Source of the DNA: Takakia lepidozioides
Lineage: Eukaryota > Plantae > Bryophyta
DNA length: 64,000 nucleotides
Reading direction: 5' to 3'
Assembly (NCBI GenBank): GCA_030704615.1
Contig: CM060731.1
Span: 87,172,001 to 87,236,000 of the forward strand
In this document: piece after piece, positions 27,013 through 37,913 of the stretch
Layout of the letters: the number at the start of each line of letters is the position of its first letter
Position numbering within the stretch: the stretch's first letter is position 1
Position numbers and translations under genes: made by a program
The notes under the pieces: generated by a model
What the model was told of the DNA's origin: nothing
The model's input: the letters and a program-made list of their open reading frames with translations, nothing else
Database searches by the model: none

Positions 27013-27910
27013 TCTCATGGTATCCTGCTGCTCCTTGGCACCATGGGTCCTCATCATGGAGGCCTTGAGATGTAGGTAACCGCCATCAGAGAAACTGCCA
27101 ATTTCAACCACAAAAATGTCAAGGTAATGGACCTCCCTGGATCCTACATTGCAACCTATCTTTTGAACAACCTAACAACCCAAATAACTGAATCTGAGGT
27201 TCTAAGAGCAACACCCTACATCAAGCACATTTATTATTACATAAACAGCCACCACTGGTGTCCCTTGGCATCTAGCCCTCATTTCCCTGCCAATGCTAGT
27301 GTTTGGTCTATAGAACAGGACTACAGGGTGTATATCTTGCAAATGTTCGACATATTCAGAGGAAAAAGGCAGTAGCAAACCTCTCCCAAGGCCGGGGCTC
27401 CACCAACATTGGCATATATGGCATCACCATATGCTTCGCCTGCCAGGCACACCACCACACCATTATAAGCATCATACATTTATGCAATACCATCCTCCCC
27501 TACAAGCTTCAGGACAAAACCTAAGAGGACCAATCCACTTTCACCCTAGTATAGATTCACATGCATGCAGCTGAGAAAAATGTGGTACAGAACTTCAAGA
27601 AAACACCTTGCATACAAGTGATCACAACCCACAGGACAACTCAATCACAAGCCAGTCATTGACACACTGCAACACAGCTAGCTGGCTATGGGGATAGGAG
27701 CACTTACTGATTTGTCCACCTCTCTCATAACCAACGGATCAAATTCTATGACACCATATATCCGATTCACCTTGGACAAAAAAATCCACAGGCCTGATGG
27801 CACAACTCACACTCCAACATTCTCAGAAACAGAATATCACTTGGCAGTTAACAAAAATAAGATATTGATGAACAACAGCACACAGTCCAGATAGTAAAAT
27901 TCACTTAGAG

Positions 27911-30900
27911 TCAGCCGTTCCTCTGTGTCTTTGAATCAGAAATGTTGTGGCTGGTTACCTGTTCTTCAAGGGTACTGAGTGCTTTCAAAATGTACTCAAC
28001 ACACTTTAGGTGTTGCCTGCAAGCATAGCGGAATGTAAACCACTTTGAGGTAAACGGCTTTCCTCTCTCTCTAAGTCCTTTGCCACGATCGCCCTTCAAC
28101 CAGTCGTAGAACCCCTCGATAAAGGACATGACGTAAAAGCCACATTCCCAAGAGAATGGTTGCTGTGGCACTTCAGGGACATGAAAATTGAATCCAGTGG
28201 CCTCGTCCCACGACACAGTGTGCGGCTCCAAGCCGAGACATGCTCCATACACATTTCGAACCCATGGCAATATCTCCATGGGTTTGTGCATCTCCTTGAT
28301 TGAGTTCAGATGAGTGAACACGCGGAGCACCTGGTCAATAATCACCAAACTCCAATGAGACCTGCCACAACGCAGGGTGCATCAGCACAAGGGAACAGCT
28401 ACAAATCAAAATGGCAGACCCATTGAGCAGACTGGTAGACCTGGGCAGACCTGGGCAGACCAATGTTGCAGACCAGTGATGGTGGACCAATGATAAAGGG
28501 CAGAGAAACAGTGGTACGCACGAACGCAGAGCACTTACCCATCAACTATTGGTACCAGTATGTACCTGCAGGTCTTCAGGTCCTTCCCCATACGATGCAC
28601 TATCAATCCGTGCTCCACCTGCGAGCGAACCCGTTCGTGACCTGCACTCCAGTGAATCTTCACTACACTCCAAACCCACGTCGGCAAAATAGCAACATCA
28701 TTATATGTCTTGACATCCAGATCCTTCTGATAAAACCTACACCACAACTCAAGCAATCGGTCTGTAACCTCGGATTCTTGTTTCTCTAGCGATTTGAGGT
28801 CCTCGGTGGAAATACTGCACTCAAACTGTGGGTCATTTTCAAAAAAGTACAGCATTGCTTTTCCCTCAGAGATACGTGCGTTGAAAGTGGAGCCAAATCG
28901 GGCAGTGAACTTGCACAAACTCAGAAAAACCCTTTAAGAACTGGGCTGGCGGACCCAAAAGGACCAGACCTACAACGGATACGGTTCCAGACCCAAGGAC
29001 CAGACCAATGGAGCAGGCCAATGGAGCGGACGAACGGCAGCCACATCTAACCCAGCAGACCCATGAAGCAGACCCATACAACCTTTTTGCTGCAGACCCA
29101 TAGACTTGGTGTGTTCAGAGCATCGCAAGCAGACCAACGACACTTACTTTTGTTTGTTACGGAGCTCCGCAACTTCGCTCTCCACTTCCAAGCAGACCTT
29201 TCGGTCAACACTCATGTATACTCCGGACTTCGGTTTTTTTGCAACGCCTTTTTGGGGGGAAATTGCTTTTAGCCTCGGGTCTGCCACACCATCTGGTATG
29301 CGCTTCTTCCCAGCTCTATTTGGTGAAGCAGGTTCCTCCAACTTCTTTTCCAATGCAACAGCCGCCTCCTTCATACCCTCCCGGAGCTGGCTAGCTCGGC
29401 TTCGCAACAAAAAAAATTCCTGGGGTTTATTAACACTCTGTGGTCCCGTTCTAGACGCTTCCTGCACTCCATGGGTCGAAATGGTCCCTACGTTGGGGGT
29501 TATCACTACAGGTACATCCTTTGTGCTTGACCACAAGTTGAGCACCTACGACGGACCACGAGCTGAGACCTCAGACGCCATAACCTTCACACGAATATCA
29601 GACCACAAAACATCAGCAATGACCACCCAAATGCACTGGGAAAAAAAAATGGACTGCAAAAATACAATGGAATCAGACCTTTGTGGGCGCTGTGGGTGTC
29701 TGCAATTGCACCACTCTTGTGGCAGGTACATCTTTGACTATACTGACTGGTTCCAGAGAATGAGAAGGGACAGAAACATGTGCATGGGTTTCGACAAGGT
29801 CTGATGAATGGTCTGCAATGGGGTCGAACATGCGGAGCACCCTATCAACGGATTGGTCTATTGCCAGTAGTGGGTCTACAGACGAGTCGGGGTCCACAAA
29901 AGTAAGTGGCAAAACGGCCAAAGATGCATCCTCATCTGCAGTAGACCCTGCCTCTAAGAGATGGGGAAGGTCACCGACCAAACTGTCACAGTCATAGTCC
30001 ATTGTTGCAATTGCAGAATTGGTCTGTACTATGGATAAATGAGCACTGACGCCTTCCCGGTTCTGTTCAGGCAGTGCTATGTCAGAAGGTCTGGTGGCAA
30101 GGGTAAGGTCCACTACCATTCTTTGGTTCTCAGCAGATGTTGCAGTGGGGGGGAAAGGAATTGCTCCTCTCATTTTCGGCAACTCGTATGTGCCAGGGAG
30201 GATGGGCGTTGCTTCTTGGGTTATCGCCAGGTCTCCAGATGGTCTGATGTCCTGCACTAGCAAGGTCTGCTGATGTTGGAATTGTGAGGTGTCGGCGCCC
30301 ATACCTGCATCGCGATGCACTTCTGCGGTGTATTTGTCAAGCAATGTACCAGCCAGGGTGTCCTCCGGCAAGGTCTGATCTTCTCTCCTCTGCTCCAGCA
30401 AGGTCTGATCAGGTCTGCACTGGTCGGGAAATGTCTGCTCTGAGACGGTCTGGTGTGGTGTGGTGTGGTCTGGTATCCTCTGGTCTTTTGGGGTATGGTC
30501 TGTTGTGCACTCGGATCGTCTGGAGTTCTGCGCTCTGGTCTGGTTTGCTCTGGTCTGGTCTTCTGTGGTCTGCTCTTGTCTTGTCTGGTGTAGGGTGGTC
30601 TGGTCTGATTTGGTGTGGTCTGGTCTTGTCTGGTCTTGTCGGGTCTGCTGTGGTGTGCTCTAGTGTGCACTGGTCTGCTCAAGTCTGATTTCCACTGCAG
30701 CGGTATGCTTTGCCAAGGTGATGGGTGCCCGTTGATCTGGAAAGGTCTGCCCATGTCCGATCTGGGAGTTGTTATCTGCAAAGGTCTGCATAACCAAGGT
30801 CTCCCTGGTAATTTCGGGTAAGGTGTGCAATGCCTCCACGAAAGTCTGTTTTGGCAACGAAAAGTTTTTGTCACCCACATTCTCTGGCTTGGGATCACTG

Positions 30901-31260
30901 GCAATCCAGTCGGGGGTCTGCTGTTCCTTGTTCTCCGTAATCCAGTCGGGGGTCTGCTGGTTGGCATGTCAGTACTTGGGATTTGGCTGGGAAGGGTCTG
31001 CTCGCTCCACAGTCTGCTCGCTGCGGGTCTCCTGGGTCTCCATGAGAGTTGGGTTCTGTGTGTCTGCTGTTGTACGAACTCCAATGAGCCTACACTTAAC
31101 GGGTGACTTGACTCCAGTATGGCCACGGAGGGCTCGTAGAAGCTGCCTTGCGCCATTGGCGTATTGGTCAAGAGCATTCCGAACAAGCTCGTCCTCTGGA
31201 TCATACTCTGCAACATGTCACAAACACGTCAAAAACAAAGCACTCATCCCCAGTCTGCTA
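27911..31260 (-). CDS. Ulp1/C48 SUMO-protease-like gene, spliced, MULE-associated, 5'-truncated
   Basis: RYILVPIVDG|SHWSLVII...HLNS...VPQQPFSWECGFYVMSF (His, Gln, Cys of C48 present) with a long low-complexity N-terminus. AGACC-rich introns. Confidence 0.75.
30400..30680. repeat. (GGTCT/GGTGT)n pentamer array
   Basis: Dozens of TGGTC/TGGTG units; related GGTCTG arrays at ~28430-28470 and 31320-31420. Confidence 0.85.
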
Positions 31261-31419
31261 ACAAACGGAAGAATACATGGGGGTTTGATGCACATGGGGC
31301 TCTGTTGGTTGTCATGGTTCATAAAGTCTGCTAGAAGGTCTGCGTTTGTGGTCAACATCAAGGTCTGTTTAAAAGGTCTGTGTAAAAGGTCTGTTTACAA
31401 GGTCTGGTTAGAAGGTCTG

Positions 31420-32000
31420 TGTAAAAACATTTGGCATGAATCCAGTTTGGATAATGTGAGTGTTCACCTGCTTTCCAGCTTCAAGGCCTTTCATCTTGAT
31501 ACACTTATGCAAGAGACAGACATACGTATCTGAATCTGCTGAAATGCCTCCTTGGTTTAAAGTCAGTAGAGCCTCTTTTAGTCTGCCTGCCTCACAAAGC
31601 ATCTTCACATGCCCATAAGTGCCAGAAGAGGCATTGTGGACTCCCTCTCTTGATCCTCTTCCAGAAGCGGTGGTCATGGTTGAGGTGCCTGATTTTATCA
31701 ACTGTGCCGCTGTAGCTGCTGCCTTTGGCAATGCAACCATGCACCTCTTTGCATCTGGTAATCTGACATGCATTCACCTTTTTGCCTCGGTTGTCCCACC
31801 ATTGACTGGGGTCATAAAAGTAGTTATTCCACAACTTCTCCTCGTCTCTGTTACCTGTTTCTGGATACTTTCTTGTTGTCACATTGGCAGTATCATGTCA
31901 ATCACTCCAAACTATCAAAGGTTCACGCAACCAGCTAACTTGCAGAATTCAACATGAAAATTTAGGGCAGATTCTGATAAGATGGAAAAACAGGTGATGT
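31420..32000 (-). pseudogene. 5' fragment of PDF-motif + PPR gene
   Basis: EEKLWNNYFYDPSQWWDNRGKK followed by HVKMLCEAGRLKEAL...DTYVCLLHKC...GFMPNVF; homologous to 59836-60630. Confidence 0.85.
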
Positions 32001-32073
32001 GTTGTTCCAGAGCCAGAGGGTTGGTGCAAGCATTAAGGATGAAAATAAAAGTGTCCTTGTCAAGCACATGAAA

Positions 32074-32760
32074 CTACATTTCTCTTAAGTATCTTATCAA
32101 ACACTTGCAATACATGCTCAGAAGGGCATTCCTCACTTGGGTATCCGACTCGAATCCAACAGCGATGATGCATGCCTGGAGCCAATTGCCCTGCTCCAGA
32201 GCTGCTGGGAGAGAGCACGCATTTAGAATCCCAATAAATGTAACCTCGTCAGGTTTCACTTTATCAAACACTTGGAGCACATGAGCCACACTCCCACACT
32301 TGCAATACATGCTCAGAAGGGCATTCCCCACTTGGGTATCCGACTTGAATCCAGCAACGATGATGCAAGCTTGGAGCCAATTGCCTTGCTCCAGAGCTGC
32401 TGGGAGAGAGCACGCATTGAGAATCCCAATAAATGTAACCTCGTCAGGTTTCACTCCTTCTACATATACTGAAAGAGGTCGAATGCTTCTGCACCATGAC
32501 CTTGCTGAGCTAATCCTGCAATCATTGCTTTCCATGAGATCAAGACCAAGCTGACTCTTCCAAGAACATGCCTGGAGCCAATTGCCCTGCTCCAGAGCTG
32601 CTAGGAGGGAGCACGCATTGAGAATCCCAATAAATGTAACCTCGTCAGGTTTCACTCCTTCTACATATACCGAAAGAGGTCAAATGCTTCTGCACCATGA
32701 CCTTATTGAGCTAATCCTGCAATCATTGCATTCTATGAGATCAAGACCAAGCTGACTCTT
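32074..32760 (-). pseudogene. Triplicated PLS-PPR fragments
   Basis: KPDEVTFIGILNACSLxAALEQG occurs three times and NALLSMYCKC twice, with duplicated intervening DNA. Confidence 0.85.
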
Positions 32761-33639
32761 CCAAGAACCTTGTAAACATCAGGAAGAATACCAAATCATG
32801 GTACTAACAGGAGCCAAGAGCCTACATTTGCATTTGCGATCGGTGTGTGAAACCAATCCCTCCGCGCTCCACAAATCATGTATAAATCCTCGCCTTGCCT
32901 CGATTGTTCCACCATAGACTGGGGTCGGAAACATATTCATTCCATAGCTTCTCCTCGCCTTGTTATCTGTGGAAAACTTCTAAGATCGGTGTGTGAAACC
33001 CCTCCGCGTTCAAGGACGCAAGGGCATCGTCGTCCCTTCCAAGACAGTTACTTTTGGGCAGTCCGTGCAGATATAAATTTTTTGACTACGACGATGACGT
33101 GTCTATGAAACGTGGCGACGATGACATGGCGACAATGACATGGCGACGATGATGTGGCACTATGGCACCCTATTCCTGCTCTACGCTAAACTAGCTTCTG
33201 ACCTTTGCTCGTCGCTAGAATTAAGTGACTATGTAGTTTAAAAATTGTCTAACTAGATAATAGTGACTAGATAATTTGGTGAATTAAATTGAAATTTCAT
33301 GTGATAAATATTCATGAATTGTTTTGTTGTTGAAGATGTTGTTCTTGTTATTTGGCATTTACAAAGATTGTATAAGATAAACCATACACAATATTGAAGC
33401 ACTTAGCATGTTAACACAACAAAATAATTAATGGGTACAAAAAAGAATCTATGTATGTTGATGGGATTATGACATAAATGCTTTACATACAGATAAATAT
33501 AACACTTAAAAAATAAATATAAAATTTAGAAACAAAATATTTTGTGTTCTTCACCTCGTTAGAAAATCATAATAATAATTAAATACAAAGAACAATTGTG
33601 AAAGATAAAATTGAATGTGATGAAGTTGGAGGGATATAT

Positions 33640-33850
33640 TTGAAGAGAACTGAATAAAATGGAACTCATTGTGAAAAAATCGAGAGGAAGTGAAGGGATA
33701 AATGTGAGGGGACTGAATATAATGGAACCGAACGAATAAATGTGTAGGGAACTCAAGGGAGAAATGCGAGGGGAACTGAATATAATAGAACTGAAGGGAT
33801 AAATGTGAGGGGAACTGAAGGGATAAATGTGAAGGGAACTGAATGTATGG
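33640..33850. repeat. ~24-bp minisatellite (GGAACTGAAGGGATAAATGTGAGG-like)
   Basis: Repeated GGGATAAATGTGAGG / GGAACTGAA units in AT-rich DNA. Confidence 0.7.
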
Positions 33851-34182
33851 AAATTATAGCACTCAGCCCCCACATTTGCTCCAAGTTGGAGCAAATATCG
33901 CCTAAACCAGTGAATCCCCACAGAAATTCAACTTGTGGCCCCAACAATTAATATTACTCGGATGGCAAGAGATCAAGGAAGTCTAGAGCCAGGTTGGCAG
34001 ACTGCCACAACAAATACACAACACACATCATCATAGTAGTATATATAATGTTGAGGAATTCATCGAGTCGACTGTGACAAGCACACAGACCAATGTAGGT
34101 AGGTAAAAAAAGCACGCTCCGCCAAGATCTACCTCCAGAAATATCAAGGAAACAAATAACCGAGATCCTCTTGCACTAAACA

Positions 34183-34364
34183 AGGAAAAGTAAAAGTATG
34201 ACGCCTCCTGAAGGGAGCGTAACTTATGGTGTCTCTTGACCCCGAAGGGCTACTGCCTTCCAATAGGAAGGTGGATACCTTTGTGACACCAATCGGTGGA
34301 TTGAACCCACAACCACTTCCAAGGTGGTATGTGCCCATTACCACTGGGCTACAACTTGGTCGTC
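34183..34364 (-). mobile_element. tRNA-derived SINE inserted in a PPR pseudogene
   Basis: 13-bp TSD CTTGCACTAAACA at 34170-34182 and 34365-34377. Minus strand has A-box TAGCCCAGTGG, B-box GGTTCAATCC and a T-rich 3' end. Confidence 0.85.
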
Positions 34365-35450
34365 CTTGCACTAAACATACTTGTTGACAAGAGTTTTGTA
34401 GAAAAACGTTTTACTTGAATCCACTTTGGATAGTGTGCAGGGCACATCTGTTATCTGGCTTCTAGGCCTTGCATCTCTGATGCACTTATGCAAGAGACAG
34501 ACACCTGAATATCTTGAAATACCTCCATTGCTCAAATTCTGTAGAGCGCCTTTCAGTCTCTGCCTCACATAGCGTCCTTACATGCCAGAAGAGGTATTAT
34601 GGACCCCCTCTCTGGGTCCTGTTTCATCATGGTGGAGGTTCCTGAGTTTATCAAATGATGCCGTTGTTGCTTCTGCTTCCAGGTGACCATCTACCCATGC
34701 AGGTTTATTATACCTATTACTCGACAGGGAATCAGGGTACTCTTGTGCTTAAAATCTGCCCCCTCTCGGATGAATCTGGACCCACTCTCCATCCTGCTCC
34801 TTCAGCTATCCCTGCCTCGCCACCAATAATGCATAGATCCTCGCCTCGCTGCTAGCAGCTGACAATGTTAGCCTAAACTTTTACCTAGCAAACACCCCAA
34901 CCCGACTTATCACAAACATTTTTCCTATGCTATATTGCTGTCAAGACTCAAAATATGCTGGAGAGAGAGGGAGAATGACAATTTCCAAGAAAGTTTTGCA
35001 ATGCATCTTTTTTATTTTTTCTTGCTGTAATTTACCGGAAATCCATGTTTTTTTCGATTGTCCACCATTGACTGGGGGTCCAAAACAAATGCTTCTAAAA
35101 CTTCTCCTCGCTCGTTTTTTGTTTTTTCAAATGCCTTGCCACATTGGCAGTTTAACATGTCAAAATCACTTCAAACCATGGTAGATCTTGATGAGATCAC
35201 TTGCAAGAGTCAACATGAAAATTTAAGGACGACTCTGATAAGAGAGAAAAATGCCGACTTATATTGAAGAAGGAGGTGCCCTCACCACATTGTCCTTGAC
35301 CTTGTGTCCTTTAAGCAGCTAGCTTTTCTTTCACCCAAGGAGGATTCAACCAACCATCATCCCAAACGACCTCTTCTGTGCGTTGTTGGTGTCTGATCTC
35401 GGATTGGTCTGTGCAGCTGAACAGCCATAGAATTAAACGTAGCCTCCTAA
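34365..35450 (-). pseudogene. Highly decayed 5' copy of the 2xPDF + PPR gene
   Basis: VWDDGWLNPPWVKEKL, CCCCAGTCAATGGTGG (PSQWW), intron, DFKHK, KPAWVDG and CLLHKC segments are collinear with 58040-60660. Confidence 0.75.
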
Positions 35451-35861
35451 GCCGAAGCTGACCCTCGCAAGTACCTTTGAAACACCACGGAAAAGAACTA
35501 GATAAGAGAACGCGCCCCTATCATGACACAGCTGGCAGATTAAATGACCAGTGAGGAGTGCAGATCTCAGAAACAAAAAGGCTGAAGAAACCTCACAACG
35601 CAAATGACAACCAGAACAAGAGGAATATGGGAGGTAGAGTATGGAGCACGACGGACAATCATCTCCGCAAAGGAGAATAGGGCGTATGGACTGAAAAAAT
35701 TAAAGTGGAGAAGGAAAAAATTATCTAAACACTGCTACACAGATGGGATGTGGCTCGAGCAAGACCGGAAGGAGCCCCGCAGAGAAGCTAAAAATCGCGC
35801 GGGAAAGAAACAGTGCACAGCGGCCGGGCTTTTTGGTTTCTTAAACCTAAATTTCTCTTGC

Positions 35862-36030
35862 GGCTTGGTAGCTTAGTTGGATAAGTGCAAGTTCGGGGTT
35901 CAATTCCTGCTATGGCCTGGGTGTATTTGTTTCGTGACATGTCGATCTGGGGGTGACGTTTCCTCTTGTGTATGCCCAATTACTTATATGGAAAGGAGGT
36001 TAGACTTACCTCCTCCTCAAGGCCTGAATG
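35862..36030 (+). mobile_element. tRNA-headed SINE-like repeat, related to 59029-59210
   Basis: GGTAGCTTAGTTGG..GGTTCAATTCC head, and a GAAAGGAGGTTA..CCTCCTCAAG.GCCTGAAT tail shared with the 59-kb copy. Confidence 0.5.
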
Positions 36031-36899
36031 GATGCAGGGATAACAATGGGCAGATGAAAAGTCTATAGTCTATTGCAAATGGCTATTTATTGGGGAAGGT
36101 ATTATTTTGACAGGTACCTAGGTATTAAGTGGGGAATGTACATCAGGAGGAAAGAACCTCTGCGTAGTCTTTCCCTTAAGGGAGGAGCCAATAAAGAGGA
36201 ACCAACAAATGGTGTGTGATTATGGAAGCCTACGCTGCGCTGTATGGAATACTATTTGACGGGCACGGTGTCTCGGTGTCCGTCACCGTGGACGGTGACG
36301 GCTCACGACGTCCGTCACCATAGATGTGGGACGAGCCACAGAGCCCGTCACCATTAACGGCGACGGACTCCGTGAGCCATCTCCGCCACCGTGGCGGCCT
36401 CCGTGAACCGTCTCCGTGAATGTGGCACAACTACCAAGTAATGCCAAAAATAATTTACATGTAACTTATAGATTTTAAAGCAAGATTTTCCCCTGCCCAG
36501 GTACATGAGAATTGTTGCCCAGAGGGAACATGAGGAAAATAAAAAGGTTGTATAATCAAGGTGCAGATGCAGAGCGCGCAGACTCTTGCATTCCCTGTGA
36601 ATCGACAACAACAAGGAATCTGCGGGCAGATGTTCAATCATCAGTCTGGGAAACCGCATTGTGCGGCCACCTGCTAACCAAACTGCCCATGACATCTCTG
36701 AGCTACGACCTACATTCAAGCACAGTTTGGAAAACAATGTAGTTGTAGAAAGGCAGTTGTCATCTAGGAAGATGTCGGACGTGTCGGACTCTTCCGAAGT
36801 CCGGGTTATTTCATCTAGGCCTGGCAATAAATGAAAATTCACTCATGTGGTCTGTGGTGCAGATCTGTTCATTTTTATATATGATGTACACTTTTGTGG

Positions 36900-37850
36900 A
36901 TCATTTCATTAGTCTGCTGTCGTGGTCTACTGCTAAACATTTATGGTCGATGTTTTGTATTGAGTAGTGCTCCACGTGGTCTGCTTGTGAACCGATGTAT
37001 ACAGTACTCCTGGCCGTGGTCTGCTTCTGAACTGATGTTATTGGTCTGCTATCTCCACGGAGTGGACTTAGTTTGGACCACGGTTGTTGGTCTCCTCCAT
37101 GAGATAGTGGTATACTAAATTTGGTGGCACAGGTCAGTCCCATCGTTAGTCGAGTGTACTGTCTTGGGCTACCCCTGTACTGTATTGGTCTGCTTCATAT
37201 GGTCTGTGGAACATTTCATGAGTCTGCTGTCGTGGTCTACTGCTACTACTTCTGGTCGACGTTTTGTATTGAGTAGTGATCCACGTGGTCAGCTGGTCCG
37301 ATGTTATTGATCTGTCGATGTATGCAGTACTCCTCGACGTGGTCTGCTACTGAATTGATGTTATTGGTCTGCTACCTCCACGGAGTGGACTGAGTTTGGA
37401 CCACGGTTGTTGGTCTGCTCCATGAGATAGTGGTATACTAAATTCGGTTGTCGGCTAAATGTGGGGCACAAGTTAGTCCCATCGTTAGTCGAGTGTACTG
37501 TCTTTGGTCTACTTCATTGAACTATGCTTGCTTCATTACTCTACTACATTCGTTTACTGGTTCACTTTGGCTCATTTTTTGACTTCATTGGTTTCCTTCA
37601 TCAAACCTTTAAAAAGCACATTAAGGGAGTCGCAGATGCTCTGCTGCATTGGTCTATTACAAGTCAATGTTGGTCTACTGCAGGTGGTGTGCTATCATGG
37701 TCTGCCGAAATGGTCTACTTCAGGTGGTCTGCAATAACGGTCTGCCGATCTGGTCTACTGCAGGTGGTGTGCGATTATGGTCTGCCAAATTGGTCTACTT
37801 CAGGTGGTATGCGATAACGGTCTGCCGATCTGGTCTACTGCAGGTGAGAA
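36900..37850. repeat. GGTCT(G/A)C-rich tandem duplications downstream of the MULE transposase
   Basis: A ~300-bp block is duplicated (36900-37170 / 37200-37505); GGTCTACTKCAGGTGGT repeats at 37670-37845. Confidence 0.8.
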
Positions 37851-37913
37851 TTGATCTACCGCATTGGACAACTGCAGGTCCTTTCCTTAGTTAGATTGAT
37901 CCATCTTTCTCAG

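Larger units (their letters stand above)
19306..27640 (-). pseudogene. RpoT: Nuclear-encoded phage-type (T7-like) organellar RNA polymerase pseudogene, central exons only
   Basis: Ordered exons: AKHMVMPYMPML (27381-27439); GGYLHLKASMMRTHG (split by LINE); ALNSLCKTGWKIN (~22095-22212); ERHSMCCDIELKL (~21674-21803); [21 protein letters not shown]...AEDPFQCLA...LPVHQ (~20786-21190); DGSCNGLQHYAALGRD (~20352-20402); AGDQPADVYSGIAAR (~19915-19986); RVRDIMEKDA (~19634-19721); VKWTTPLGLPVVQPYRK (~19306-19395). Contains frameshifts; C-terminal VHDS exons not found. Confidence 0.93.

Noticed and set aside
30257-31216. 319-aa ORF with TRPDQ repeats
   Set aside because: Read-through of the pentamer array, probably intronic.
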